A DNA stretch of 63,873 bases, the filler included, from Octopus bimaculoides (Eukaryota), in NCBI RefSeq assembly GCF_001194135.2. It is 7 parts of 5 records of this genome, joined end to end, with 100 filler letters (N's around TTAATTAATTAA, not from the genome) between each part and the next. Parts side by side here need not be neighbours in the genome. Positions count along the whole stretch, not along the records: positions 21,010 to 31,020 come from NC_068982.1; positions 31,121 to 45,756 come from NC_068982.1; 5 more parts are not named here. One strand, written 5' to 3'. Positions within the stretch are counted from its first letter, which is position 1, and every line of letters starts with the position of its first letter. Positions 22,292 through 34,779 of the stretch are shown piece by piece. The notes below the pieces were generated by a model. That model was given only the letters and a program-made list of their open reading frames with translations, was not told the DNA's origin and did no database searches. A program made the translations under genes and the position numbers.

Positions 22292-23803
22292 GTACCTGGG
22301 GAAATAAATGAGATATTTATACATACTCGTAGGAAAGCCATGATTACATATAATCACCACAATTACATCCAGATCGAATTTCGTGACCTATCTCAGCACG
22401 TGTGCACTCGGTCAGAGTAGCCCATAAATGACTAGACTGACCCGAAGTGAATAGAAATTTTTCAGTTATAATAATAACGGATAAAAATTTTTATCAGTGG
22501 CCAGCATATAAAAATAGACTTATTTAGGTGAAATCCTATTTATATTTATAATTAAGGGCTTAGAAAAAATTTAGCCAAGAAGGGAAATAACCCTGAAACT
22601 CGGGTACGTACGTATCGTAGATCAAGATGGGAAGGATAACTTCCCTTGGCAAATAGACAGGGCACAGATGTGTGTCGATAGCCAGCTGGAGATGTCCTCC
22701 TGGGGCTAAAAGCAACAGTAACATCCACCCCTCGGGGTCAGCCACATTTAAGTGGCAAATATACTTCACTTTATCGTGCAGTTACTGTTAATACCTCGTT
22801 CAGAGATTTAACATTGCTTATATATATNNNNNNNNNNNNNNNNNNNNNNNNNNNNNNNNNNNNNNNNNNNNNNNNNNNNNNNNNNNNNNNNNNNNNNNNN
22901 NNNNNNNNNNNNNNNNNNNNNNNNNNNNNNNNNNNNNNNNNNNNNNNNNNNNNNNNNNNNNNNNNNNNNNNNNNNNNNNNNNNNNNNNNNNNNNNNNNNN
23001 NNNNNNNNNNNNNNNNNNNNNNNNNNNNNNNNNNNNNNNNNNNNNNNNNNNNNNNNNNNNNNNNNNNNNNNNNNNNNNNNNNNNNNNNNNNNNNNNNNNN
23101 NNNNNNNNNNNNNNNNNNNNNNNNNNNNNNNNNNNNNNNNNNNNNNNNNNNNNNNNNNNNNNNNNNNNNNNNNNNNNNNNNNNNNNNNNNNNNNNNNNNN
23201 NNNNNNNNNNNNNNNNNNNNNNNNNNNNNNNNNNNNNNNNNNNNNNNNNNNNNNNNNNNNNNNNNNNNNNNNNNNNNNNNNNNNNNNNNNNNNNNNNNNN
23301 NNNNNNNNNNNNNNNNNNNNNNNNNNNNNNNNNNNNNNNNNNNNNNNNNNNNNNNNNNNNNNNNNNNNNNNNNNNNNNNNNNNNNNNNNNNNNNNNNNNN
23401 NNNNNNNNNNNNNNNNNNNNNNNNNNNNNNNNNNNNNNNNNNNNNNNNNNNNNNNNNNNNNNNNNNNNNNNNNNNNNNNNNNNNNNNNNNNNNNNNNNNN
23501 NNNNNNNNNNNNNNNNNNNNNNNNNNNNNNNNNNNNNNNNNNNNNNNNNNNTATATATATATATATATATATATATATGGAAGGGGCATATATGTGTGTG
23601 TATATGTCTCTTTGTGTGCATGTATATATGTTTGATTTAGGAGTTCTACGACCGGTGTTGGACAATTTGCCTCTGTTTGCATAGTCACTGATATTTCTGT
23701 GCTCTTAAACTCCAGACGTCTATACGAGATTCTCTCTAAAGACGAATAACGCAGTATTACGGCGTTATTACAAAACATTCATGTTAAGTAGCATATAGAT
23801 TTC

Positions 23804-24980
23804 TATTCGGTACTAACACTGTTTCTATCACTAATAACTTTTTCATTTGCGTATGCGCACTCGTTAGGTATCTGACACACTATCATAGTTCGACACGAAC
23901 TTACGACGAGAGCGGCTGTATTTTGTATGCTTGAGATCAATTTGAAAATAGAGAGCCAAAGCGAATACTATCATCACGTCATTTTTTTCTATTTTAAAAC
24001 AACAAGAAAGCAACTAAAACCTGCATGTAGAAATGTGTTGTGTAAGGAGAGGATGCTGTTACGGAACGTGTGTGCCAGAAGAGGTTTCCAAGGTTTCGAT
24101 CGGAAAAGTTTTTCGTTCAAGATGCTCCTCGTTGTGGCCGGCTAATTGGAATTAGCAACGACGAAGTGAAGGCGTCAGCCGAGACCGTTATACGACTAGG
24201 ATGATTGTAGATTCTACAAATACCTAAACCGAGTGTTGAAAACTTGATTAAGTCAGCGGTCTTGATGTCTGAGTCGCACATCAATTGAACGAGGCTAATG
24301 TCACCCAACGGTTTTCCATCAGCGATTTGTAACAAAAAATGTGAAGAAACAGACACTTTTTTGAAGAGAATGGTTACGTCTATGACAATGTGAAACGCAA
24401 ATGACCATAGGGAACGCGCAGCGAATCCCCACAAACAACCGCCAAATCAGAACTTCACCCGAAGAAGGTTATGCTTTCAATTTGGTGTGTGTGGAAGTGT
24501 TTTGTCTTTCACGAGCTCCTTCCCATGGACAGCACTATCAATTCGGATATGTACTGTGACCAGCTGGACAAATTAAACGCAGAAATCTGCCATAAGCGTC
24601 CAGATGTTGCTAATCGTACGGGCGTTGCCTTTCATTACAATGTCAGATCGCACACTTGTTTGTAGAAGCAACAGACGGTTGTGGGGCTTGGCTGGGAAGT
24701 TTTGAAGAAATCCCCATATTTACCCAACCTTGTGGTTTCAGATTTCTAACTGTTTCAGTTTCTTGAAAATTCCTTGAATGGACAGACCTTCATTTCTGAA
24801 GAGGTTTAAAAATTCCCCTGGAAGAATTTTTCGCCAGTCAAGACAGAAAATTCTTTGAGCAGGATACAAAGGATCTGCCCACAAGATGTCAGTAGATACT
24901 GAAACTAAATGGCAGCTATATCATTGATTGAATGAATTTATTTTTGTATAAAACAAGCGAACTTTATTGCCAGCCTAATA
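23804..24980 (+). mobile_element. Mariner (Mos1-like) transposon, decayed near full-length copy
   Basis: QDAPRCGR, HQLNEAN, KSELHPKKVMLSIW, HELLP..TINSDMYCDQLDKL, KRPDVANRTGVAFHYN, GWEVL..SPYLPNLVVSDF. Right end GAACTTTATTGCCAGCCTAATA. Confidence 0.85.
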
Positions 24981-25073
24981 TAAAAAAAAACAGGAAATAA
25001 TAAGGGCAAAAGATTTACTTTGATGCATATATATGTATACAGTACATACGCAACACATATTCTCTACATATAT

Positions 25074-25136
<63 letters not shown>

Positions 25137-25524
25137 NNNNNNNNNNNNNNNNNNNNNNNNNNNNNNNNNNNNNNNNNNNNNNNNNNNNNNNNNNNNNNNN
25201 NNNNNNNNNNNNNNNNNNNNNNNNNNNNNNNNNNNNNNNNNNNNNNNNNNNNNNNNNNNNNNNNNNNNNNNNNNNNNNNNNNNNNNNNNNNNNNNNNNNN
25301 NNNNNNNNNNNNNNNNNNNNNNNNNNNNNNNNNNNNNNNNNNNNNNNNNNNNNNNNNNNNNNNNNNNNNNNNNNNNNNNNNNNNNNNNNNNNNNNNNNNN
25401 NNNNNNNNNNNNNNNNNNNNNNNNNNNNNNNNNNNNNNNNNNNNNNNNNNNNNNNNNNNNNNNNNNNNNNNNNNNNNNNNNNNNNNNNNNNNNNNTATAT
25501 ATATATATATATATATGTGAATTC

Positions 25525-25895
25525 AGAAGAGTGGTACAACAAGGCACCAATATTTACTGGAAAATAGCAATCGATACAATTACGACGCTATTGTATAGCT
25601 TCACTGCGTATATACTGGCAAAAATGTATGTGAGCAACAAACATGAAAAATTCGTCTTACCTCTAGGAAGAACATTCGATAAATGGACAACCCAGAATCG
25701 GATAATGCAGTACCTAGGTTTCAGACTCTTAAAATATGTTTCACAACATAAATTTGATCAGTCTTCATCAGCTGCATTTACCTAGACAATATTTCAAATG
25801 TTGCCACATCAATGCCAAGTATACTATATATATATAAACACCTAACATTATACAATGCAATCATATAACAGAATGATGTACAGAAGTGAAAAAAC
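25525..25895 (-). repeat. Third, diverged copy of the same hammerhead-carrying repeat
   Basis: Shares TTCGTCTTACCTCTAGGAA, AAATGGACAACC and CACATCAATGCC with 2927-3260. Confidence 0.75.
25704..25778 (-). ncRNA. Type I hammerhead ribozyme motif, full consensus core
   Basis: Minus strand reads AATGCAG-CTGATGA-AGACT-(32 nt, itself a hairpin)-AGTCT-GAAAC-CTAG-GTA-CTGCATT: 7-bp helix I, 5-bp helix II base, palindromic helix III ACCTAGGT, cleavage triplet GUA. Confidence 0.85.
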
Positions 25896-26112
25896 CAATG
25901 TTCAGACCACATTCCGGTTAATTTATGATCGATAATAACTCATTTGCATGCTGGACAGCGACATTCGAAACGATGACTTCTATACCTATTCAGAACACAT
26001 TTCGGCAGATTCGAACGCAAAATATGTTGATCGCTTTTGTATTTTTCATAGAACAGTTTCTCATTTACAACGACTATGTATCGATAACACAGTTGATTAA
26101 TTAGGACATCGT

Positions 26113-26222
26113 ATTGTTTTATGTGTCTGTAGAGTGCTCAACCACATCCACGTTAATTTCAGGAGCAGGCTGTTCCGTTGACTGGATCAACTGGAAATCT
26201 CGTCGTCGTAACCAACTGAATG
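26113..26222 (+). mobile_element. SINE family B fragment
   Basis: Reverse complement of 47310-47410. Confidence 0.7.
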
Positions 26223-27769
26223 CCAGTTCTTATATATATATACACACACACACATATATGCATACATATATATATATATATACACACAGGCATAAACTTA
26301 TTTTTGCTTGTTTTTATTTTTGCGTTTTGTTTTTTGTCTTTTTTTTTTTTGCTGCATCCGAAGATGACTCTTACATTGATGTACAGAAATTTGGGCACGG
26401 ATATCTTAAACGGACTTCCATAGTTGTTCAAGTAGCAAAAGGCAATGTTGCATTTTTATCCCTAAAACTGTTCAATACTCTACTGAAGGTTGCTGTATCC
26501 AAATCCCTGAACACTACTCTGAACCCTTTCTGGCAAGCACTAAACTTTTAATAAAAAAACCCGACGACGAAATATTAAGGTTCTTTTGTTGCTTTTCAAG
26601 TAAATCGGCTTCTAATCCCGTTCAGTACGTTCTGTGTGTGCATGTGTGTACCTGTATGCATGGTGTGTTTTGTGTGTATCTGTATGTATGTGTGTGTGTT
26701 GTGTATTTGTATGTGTGTATCTGTATTATGTGTGTTTGTATCTGTAGTATGTATTTATGTGTGTTTGTGTGTCTCAACGTATGTGTCTGTTTGCGTATGT
26801 GTGTGCGTATGTGTCTATGTGTATGTACGTATATGCGTGCATTGTCTATACATGTGAGTATGAGTTATGTGCGTACAGTGCTTTGTGAGTGTGTGTATGT
26901 GTGTGCGCGTTGTGTGTGCTGTGTGTGTTTATGTGTGTGTATCTTTTCCCTATATTCAGGGAAAGAAAGTTAATATTTAATATCAATCATTACTAAAACC
27001 ACTTTACAACCATCGACGATCAAGTCTTGTAAGCTATTAATTTAACTTCCTGACTAATCAACAAAAAGAAGTCAAAAGAAACACTACGTGATCATTCGAT
27101 TTGCTCGTAATCGAAACTAAACGTCACTCAAATCGCACTCCAATATCTTAAAAATAGGATGGTCACATTAGACAGTCTGCCTGCAGTATGGACGACATCA
27201 TCATCAACTATAATCAACATTATCATAAACAACAGCAGATAAGTGGACTAGATGAATGTGAAATGAAGAAATTTTGCTCAATAATAATAATTAAGAAGAG
27301 ACTGCTAAATGTACGGATTGGAACCAAGAACTGAAGATTGGGACTCCAATAATCTATCAGCACGCCACAAAACTGAATAAGTTGGTGAATAAATTTCAAC
27401 AAATGTATGTATGTATGTATGTATGCATGTATGTATGTATATATGTGCGAGACCAGCAGAGGAAAATTAAGGCTCTAGCCAGTGCTCCAAATCATGATCC
27501 AGTTATATCTGTTACCTTATTCTACGGATTTTTAACTGACAAAATATGTTAAATTCCACTCGTTTACCCAATTTCTGCTGATCCGTTACATATTTTCAGT
27601 AAGATTAGTGGTTAAATTGGAGGTGTTCACTTCCAATCTTTAGCAAGCTGGTGCTCCGTGTACCCTCTAATATAATTAAGAATTTACTGTATAACTGTTT
27701 AATGCTAATATCGCTTGCTGCGACTAATATTATTGTTGTTATTATCAATTATTTAGATTTGTCCCTGAT

Positions 27770-27788
27770 AATAATGATAATAATAATG

Positions 27789-27860
<72 letters not shown>

Positions 27861-27899
27861 TCTTTACGAGTATTTTATTTTGAATATTTACTCATTCTT

Positions 27900-27948
<49 letters not shown>

Positions 27949-28082
27949 TACATATACACATAGAGAGAGAGAAAGAGAGAGAGAGTGGTGGAGGTAAGTC
28001 GGTAGGGAAGTAGGTTGGTAAATGCACATATATTCGTATGTGTGCGTGTGCATGTATGTATATATATGTATGTATATATGTA

Positions 28083-28139
<57 letters not shown>

Positions 28140-28140
28140 G
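27770..28140. repeat. (TAA)n, (TA)n, (GA)n, (TG)n microsatellite cluster
   Basis: Directly visible. Confidence 0.95.
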
Positions 28141-28379
28141 TTTGCACAGGCATGTTTGTTTTTGTGTGTGGATATACATTTACTTCTTCGCCGCCACAAA
28201 GGATCTCCGTCTTCCCACCGTCTTCTCCGTCATTACTCCATTATAACTGAATCATGATGCCGGGGCAACACACAGAAAAACAGGAGGCTGGATGTGTGAT
28301 TAATCGAGTAATGCTCCAGGCAAAGTATCTGCACCTATTTTCAAGTGTCAGTTTGGTGCAACAAAACACCTACTTCTGT

Positions 28380-28470
28380 TACATGACGTTGCACAAGCAT
28401 GCATCTAGGTTGGCAATCTAACGCATGCGCACCTACACATAGCCAATCACGTCAATGCTTTAATGACGTA
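28380..28470. promoter_or_regulatory. Candidate promoter (motif cluster)
   Basis: TGACGT 28384, NRF1-like ACGCATGCGCA 28421, CCAAT 28443, CACGTCA 28448 and TGACGTA 28464 within about 90 bp of non-repetitive, CpG-retaining sequence. Confidence 0.35.
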
Positions 28471-28715
28471 GATGCAGTTCAACCAGCCACAATATGCACT
28501 ACCTTACAGAACATATTAGGCACATAAGGGAACTCACACACTGACTCGTGCGCGTATGTGGAGGTGTCGGTGGGTAGGTTCACTTTCATACATGCACAAG
28601 CACATTCTCATGCGGATATATATACCACGCATACGCGCTTAGATCATATGTGTGTGTACATATGTTTATGCGCAAACACGTGCAAATATATATATTCATA
28701 TATAATTTTATATAT

Positions 28716-28815
<100 letters not shown>

Positions 28816-29181
28816 ATACATATATATATTATATACATATCTTTCTACATATGTATGTGTATGTGTGTGAGTGTGTGTGTGTTTGCATGTATATATGCAT
28901 ATGTATATATATAATGCAGAAGAAATATCGAAACCTATAAGAAACGCTGGCTACAAACACAAACACAAGCTCACCAAGGCAGCTGTACACATACACATGC
29001 ACATGCACAGGCACACACTTCACACATGCATATGCAAATACATACACATAAACACATATACACGAGCTCATGCATACAGACACAAGCACACGACCACAGA
29101 GTCGCCAAAACACGTCCACGCAAAAACCCAAACCACAGAACACACTGATACAACTCACTGGCAAATGAAATCACCATAACG

Positions 29182-29233
<52 letters not shown>

Positions 29234-29534
29234 CACGCACACTCACGCACATACAAACAAACACCTCTAGAAATCTGCAAGCAATGGACTCCTGATTACA
29301 GGATCAAGAAAACAAGGACTGGTAATCAAAGCACCTCGCTTATTCTAATATTTAGAACTAACGCATCAGTACGTAATCATCATCATACATATGCATCATG
29401 CATAAACATATACATATACATCATACACATACATACATACATACATACATACATACATACATACATACATACATACATACGTACATACATACATACATAC
29501 ATACATACTACCTCCCACATTGAAGGGTATGTGT

Positions 29535-30330
29535 TTGCAATCCAGGAACAGGAAATATCAATAAAGTACCTGATGCACAAAAGAGGGAGAGACGCAGAAA
29601 AAAACCCACTAAAATGTGAGAACCGATTTTGTGAAGTTAACAGCGAAGATATCACCCACATCATAAGCAGTCGTCCAAAAATGTCATCACGGTACTATCT
29701 ACCGATGAGATATGACGTCGCAGCTTGGACACTTTAATGAAATCCGTTGGAAGGATAACTCAGCGGACAATGAAATAAGAACCCACAGTACGGTGGAATC
29801 CATGGTCACTCATAATACAATAAAATGTAAGCACAACTGACCTGATATAATGATTTGGCACAGAGAAGAGAAACTGTGTACAGTTATAGAAATTAGCTGC
29901 CTAGCAGATGTTGACATAAAGCTGAAGATCAATGAACTATTGAGAAATCTGCAGTTACTCTACACTGAACTATTGAGAAATATGCAGTTACTCTACACTG
30001 AACTATTGAGAAATCTGCAGTTACTCTATCCAGATTATAATTTCAGGTTTATACCTGTAATTATTGGAGCCCTAGGATACTGCCTAAATACCAATCTTGA
30101 AAAATTATGCTTCCCAAAACCAAAAAGGAGAAAGCTAATTCGAAGACTACAGATCTAATCCATCACTGGAACTGTAAATATCTGTAAACTTCCCAGGAGT
30201 TTATCATTTAAATATATATGAGCGTGTCTAGACATGCAACTATATGATGAGAATACATATATAAATCAAAACATACAAATTTGCACATAAAAATTCATCA
30301 TACACACACACAAACATATGAATATACAAA
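29535..30330 (+). mobile_element. R4/Dong/NeSL-type LINE 3' fragment (CCHC knuckle plus RLE) with 3' UTR
   Basis: FAIQEQEISIKYL...FCEVNSEDITHIISS; HNRPD-like segment; CTVIEISCLAD; FIPVIIGALG; KLIRRLQI. Confidence 0.85.
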
Positions 30331-30430
30331 CAAGGTGAGTACGTAAGTGCAAACAAGGAAACAAGGTGGCAGAAATAGTACTCGAATATCAAAAGTAGAG
30401 CAATATACATTTTATTAAAGCTGCAGAATT

Positions 30431-30484
30431 ATCACAGCAGTGTTACTCAGAGTTTCATGATCACCTTCGTCGGACAGTTGTGAT
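30431..30484 (-). ncRNA. Type I hammerhead-like motif, U4C core variant
   Basis: ATCACA-AC-TGT-CCGACGA-AGGTGATCAT-GAAAC-TCTGA-GTA-ACA-CTGC-TGTGAT; helix III is ACTC/GAGT and helix II is weak. Confidence 0.55.
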
Positions 30485-30748
30485 AAATACTTATATGTTA
30501 TATATGTATATATATATATATGTAATCGTTACCAATATAGCAAGAGATTTCACCGCAAAAGGTCTAAATTAGACTCCTATAAATTTAAAACTTTTATATA
30601 TATACATATATATTATAACAGTAGGGTAAAAAAATTGGATATTAATTAATATCAATTTAATACCAGGGAAAAAGCACATTAAAAGAATCAAGGAGATTCA
30701 GAAAAAAATACCTGAGATCTCAAAGGATTATTGTATATGTATATTTAA

Positions 30749-30994
30749 AAAGGAGACCACTAGGTTGACTGTTAATTTGCTAGAAGAAGATCACATGCAA
30801 TGTGTCTACTAAGACCGAATTGTTCTCAAAGGAAATTTAGTGAAGTAACAAAAACGTATACGGGTAAAACAAGTGAAAATTACATGTGAAAATTTTTCTT
30901 CGCTAAATTTCCTTTCAGAACAATTCGGTCTTAGTAGACACATTACATGTGATCTTCTTCTAGCACATTAACAGTCCACCTAGTGGTCTCCTTT
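30749..30994. repeat. Foldback/MITE-like element with 97-bp inverted arms
   Basis: 30749-30845 versus 30898-30994 show five mismatches and a 52-nt spacer, in a TA-rich flank. Confidence 0.85.
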
Positions 30995-31120
30995 ATATAT
31001 ATATATATATATATATATATNNNNNNNNNNNNNNNNNNNNNNNNNNNNNNNNNNNNNNNNNNNNTTAATTAATTAANNNNNNNNNNNNNNNNNNNNNNNN
31101 NNNNNNNNNNNNNNNNNNNN

Positions 31121-31151
<31 letters not shown>

Positions 31152-32030
31152 CATATTTTGATAGTCATATATACTTGAAATTTAGTTGGGTATGCAGCAT
31201 TTGATTTATCCGGGTCGATGTAAAATATCCTACCTGTTTAAAAATCTTATTTGCTTAAAATTTTCCATGATTATGTTGGGTTATATATAATGATATAATC
31301 GCTATAAATGTATTAATACAATCCTACCGAAATAGTCACCGTAATTAGATGATACCAACAGGTGCAATATTAACTTAACAGATCTCAAAATTTAAACTTT
31401 GTCATACGATTCGAAATAACAGAAGTGGTGTTTAGTCAATACAAATCTTCAACCAGTTCGTTTTTCTCGTCTGATTGTTGCTCGAGTGAGCACAATTAGT
31501 TCAAACTCTTGAGTTTTATCAATTTATTGTGCATGAATATTATAGTAGAATCAGTCCTTGATTAATTTTTCCTTTTCGCTATAAATGAGAACTTATACTC
31601 ACTTCATTCCAGTCAAGCCCAAACTAAGTGAGATGCAAAAAGGAAGCCCCATTACGTTCTTATTTGAAGAACATACTAATTACCTTTGAAGAAGTTGTGT
31701 ATCTAAAACAAAAACTAAAATCTTATTCATGTGGTTAAAATGGGATGGAAGTACTTCTACAAACGAAAAGTATAGGAACTGTAGCAGAAGAATACGGATT
31801 TTGGTAATTAAAATACAACCGTCTAAATCAAGAATGTGAAATATTCCAACTGATCTGGTCAGAGAAATGTGGATTCACAACACTGTTATGCTCTCGTGAA
31901 ATACTCTGAACATTTACATGAAGCACACAACGCTAAGAGTTTTCCACATGCCATCAACAAAACATAAATATTCCGCTTCTTATAGGCATTATGCAGAGAG
32001 AATTAAATTAAAAGAAATATTACACACACA

Positions 32031-32085
<55 letters not shown>

Positions 32086-32634
32086 GCACACTTACACAAA
32101 CCTCAGACACACGCATACACACACATACACACAAACATACAAACGAACACACACAAATACTCCGGGACATATAACCACGCACATACATATCAAAAGAGGA
32201 AAAGAACGTTTTGCAGAGCGCTTTACAAAGCGCTGGTATCCACATAAACACACACACAGACAATCCCATACATTGCATACACAGAGAGATACGCGAATAC
32301 GACTGAAATTCAGTTCAACAGTATTACTGTTCCGAAATGATACTGTTGTTTTTGCGCCTTGCTTAGTGCTTAGGTCACTAGCTCAATGTATTGATGCGAC
32401 GATTCGTTGTGTCCTCGAGAAGTCGAATTGATTTACGATTTCAATGACTATTCATTTGAAACAAGTACAATTTAGAGCTAGTGTAGCCAGTCCACCAGAT
32501 TCTCTGACGCATATATCCTAGATGTTCCTAGGGGTAACATTGTGAAATGACCCTGTGATTGACTAACTCTCCTCACGACTGTATAACCACCTAAAAAGAA
32601 TGAGAAAAACAGGTTATATGCGTTCAGGATATGG

Positions 32635-32745
32635 TCACACGTGAGCTTGTGCTATGTAGAAGATAGAACCACGTCACTGCTTCCGCTGCATATAAATATG
32701 CTTTGAAGAAAGCAAAAAGCGTGTGAACGTTACGCAATGACATAA
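32635..32745 (+). promoter_or_regulatory. Candidate TATA promoter (motif cluster)
   Basis: CACGTG 32638, CCACGTCA 32669, CTTCCG 32680, TATAAAT 32691, then TTACGCAA. Confidence 0.3.
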
Positions 32746-33679
32746 CTGTCCTTACTGTGACCTGTTGCAAAACAACCATCTTCTCTAAAAATACTTCTAA
32801 GTAATCAGGACTGTCGTGAACAGGGGATGTTTTGTTTACACTGTAATAAACTTGTTTTTCAGTCCAAAAGATATATATCCAGAATCCCGTGCCTAGAGCT
32901 TCTAGTGAGTAAGTACCTGTTACACACTGAGCACAATTCAAGCAAATGTTGAATGGCAACGTTATAATTGTCTAAGTAAAGGATCGACATGATATTTTCC
33001 AATCTCTCGTAAATAATTCATATATTTACGCATATAAAAAATTGTTAACATTACAGATTTTAGAGTAACTTATTGTGACTCCATAAATTTACATCGTCAT
33101 ATTAACCACAAACGAAACAAACTATTGAAAACTTCTTATATTATTAAAGACCAGTAACAATGAACCAATAGAAGATAGTGTATATCTATATCTTAAATAT
33201 TTCTCGACGTTGAATATTAGTATAATGTGAATGCTTGTCATGTGCCGACGGCCAATATTAAAGTTCTGGTATTACAACTTTTTTCTTACAAACTGATTCA
33301 GAAATCTTTTGTAATTTACAAGAGAGGAAACTAATTATACACATATACATAGATATAGAATATATGCATATATACATAGACATACATTCAGCGCATACAT
33401 ATATACATATATGTTACACTATAACATAGAATATTCATATACATATACATACATGCACCTCACACACATATGCACGCGTATGTTTCTGTGTAATGTAAAT
33501 ATATATGTATGCCAATAATCTATGTCGGTACGTATCTATGCATGTATGTATAGTATAAGTAGTGAGAGAGTGTGTATGTGTATAAATGCTGGATGCTATA
33601 CATTTCCCTCAGACAAAAGAAATCGATTTCAGTATCTACAATATATTGTCTACAGTTCTTGATTTACAGTGTTCTGAAT

Positions 33680-33720
<41 letters not shown>

Positions 33721-34779
33721 NNNNNNNNNNNNNNNNNNNNNNNNNNNNNNNNNNNNNNNNNNNNNNNNNNNNNNNNNNNNNNNNNNNNNNNNNNNNNNNN
33801 NNNNNNNNNNNNNNNNNNNNNNNNNNNNNNNNNNNNNNNNNNNNNNNNNNNNNNNNNNNNNNNNNNNNNNNNNNNNNNNNNNNNNNNNNNNNNNNNNNNN
33901 NNNNNNNNNNNNNNNATATATATATATATATATATACATGTTTACATATATGTGTGGGAGCTTGTATATGATATTACATTATACATAAATGAACATGCGT
34001 GTGTGTGTGTGTGTGTGTGTCTGTGTGAATATGTGAGTGTATGTACACACACGTTATATATCAAAATCGTGGATTGAGTGGACGGTAAATCAAGAAATGT
34101 AGACAATACATTATAGATGCTAAAATCGATTTCTCTTTTATGAAGTAGGTGAACATTATATACATATATACACAGATATACATCTACAAACACTCACTCA
34201 AATGTACACACATAAAAACACAACACCATGTATATGTTGTTTCATTCTCCACTGCGTTTCAGAGATTGGGGCTTTGTTATTCTGGGGCACCTTCTCAAGT
34301 ATATAATAGGCAGCCGAAATCTATTCTTTATAAAACTGGTATTTACGGTATGGCCTCCTTTCACCCGAAACCTAACGTTACTGCTATGTTACCTAAACCT
34401 ATAGCGGTTTTTTTTTTTTACCAATTCCTTTCATTTATTGAAATATAGGGGAAGTAGTCTTTGAGGATGATGCATTAGCTGCTAACACAATCACTGCCAA
34501 TGACATAAAATGTTCAAGTATCAGATGGCGTAAAAATGCGTAATAAGGCGTAGAACTAAAACTCATTAGTTACTTACATACATGTACATATAATCTGTAA
34601 TGTGGACTGTTGGCGATTTTTTTCCACAGTCTTCCTTTTCTTTTGTACTTTCTTCTGTCACCTGTTTCTGAAGTGTAACTTTGCGCCAAACGTAAAACAC
34701 CGCAAATACCGAGTTGACATCTGCTCTTCTCTCCTTCTCTCCATTCTCGCAAATTTATTTCACCCTTTTTGGATAGACT

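Noticed and set aside
26340-26555. Coding-looking open frames on both strands
   Set aside because: No recognisable family and no consistent splice pair; strand cannot be decided.
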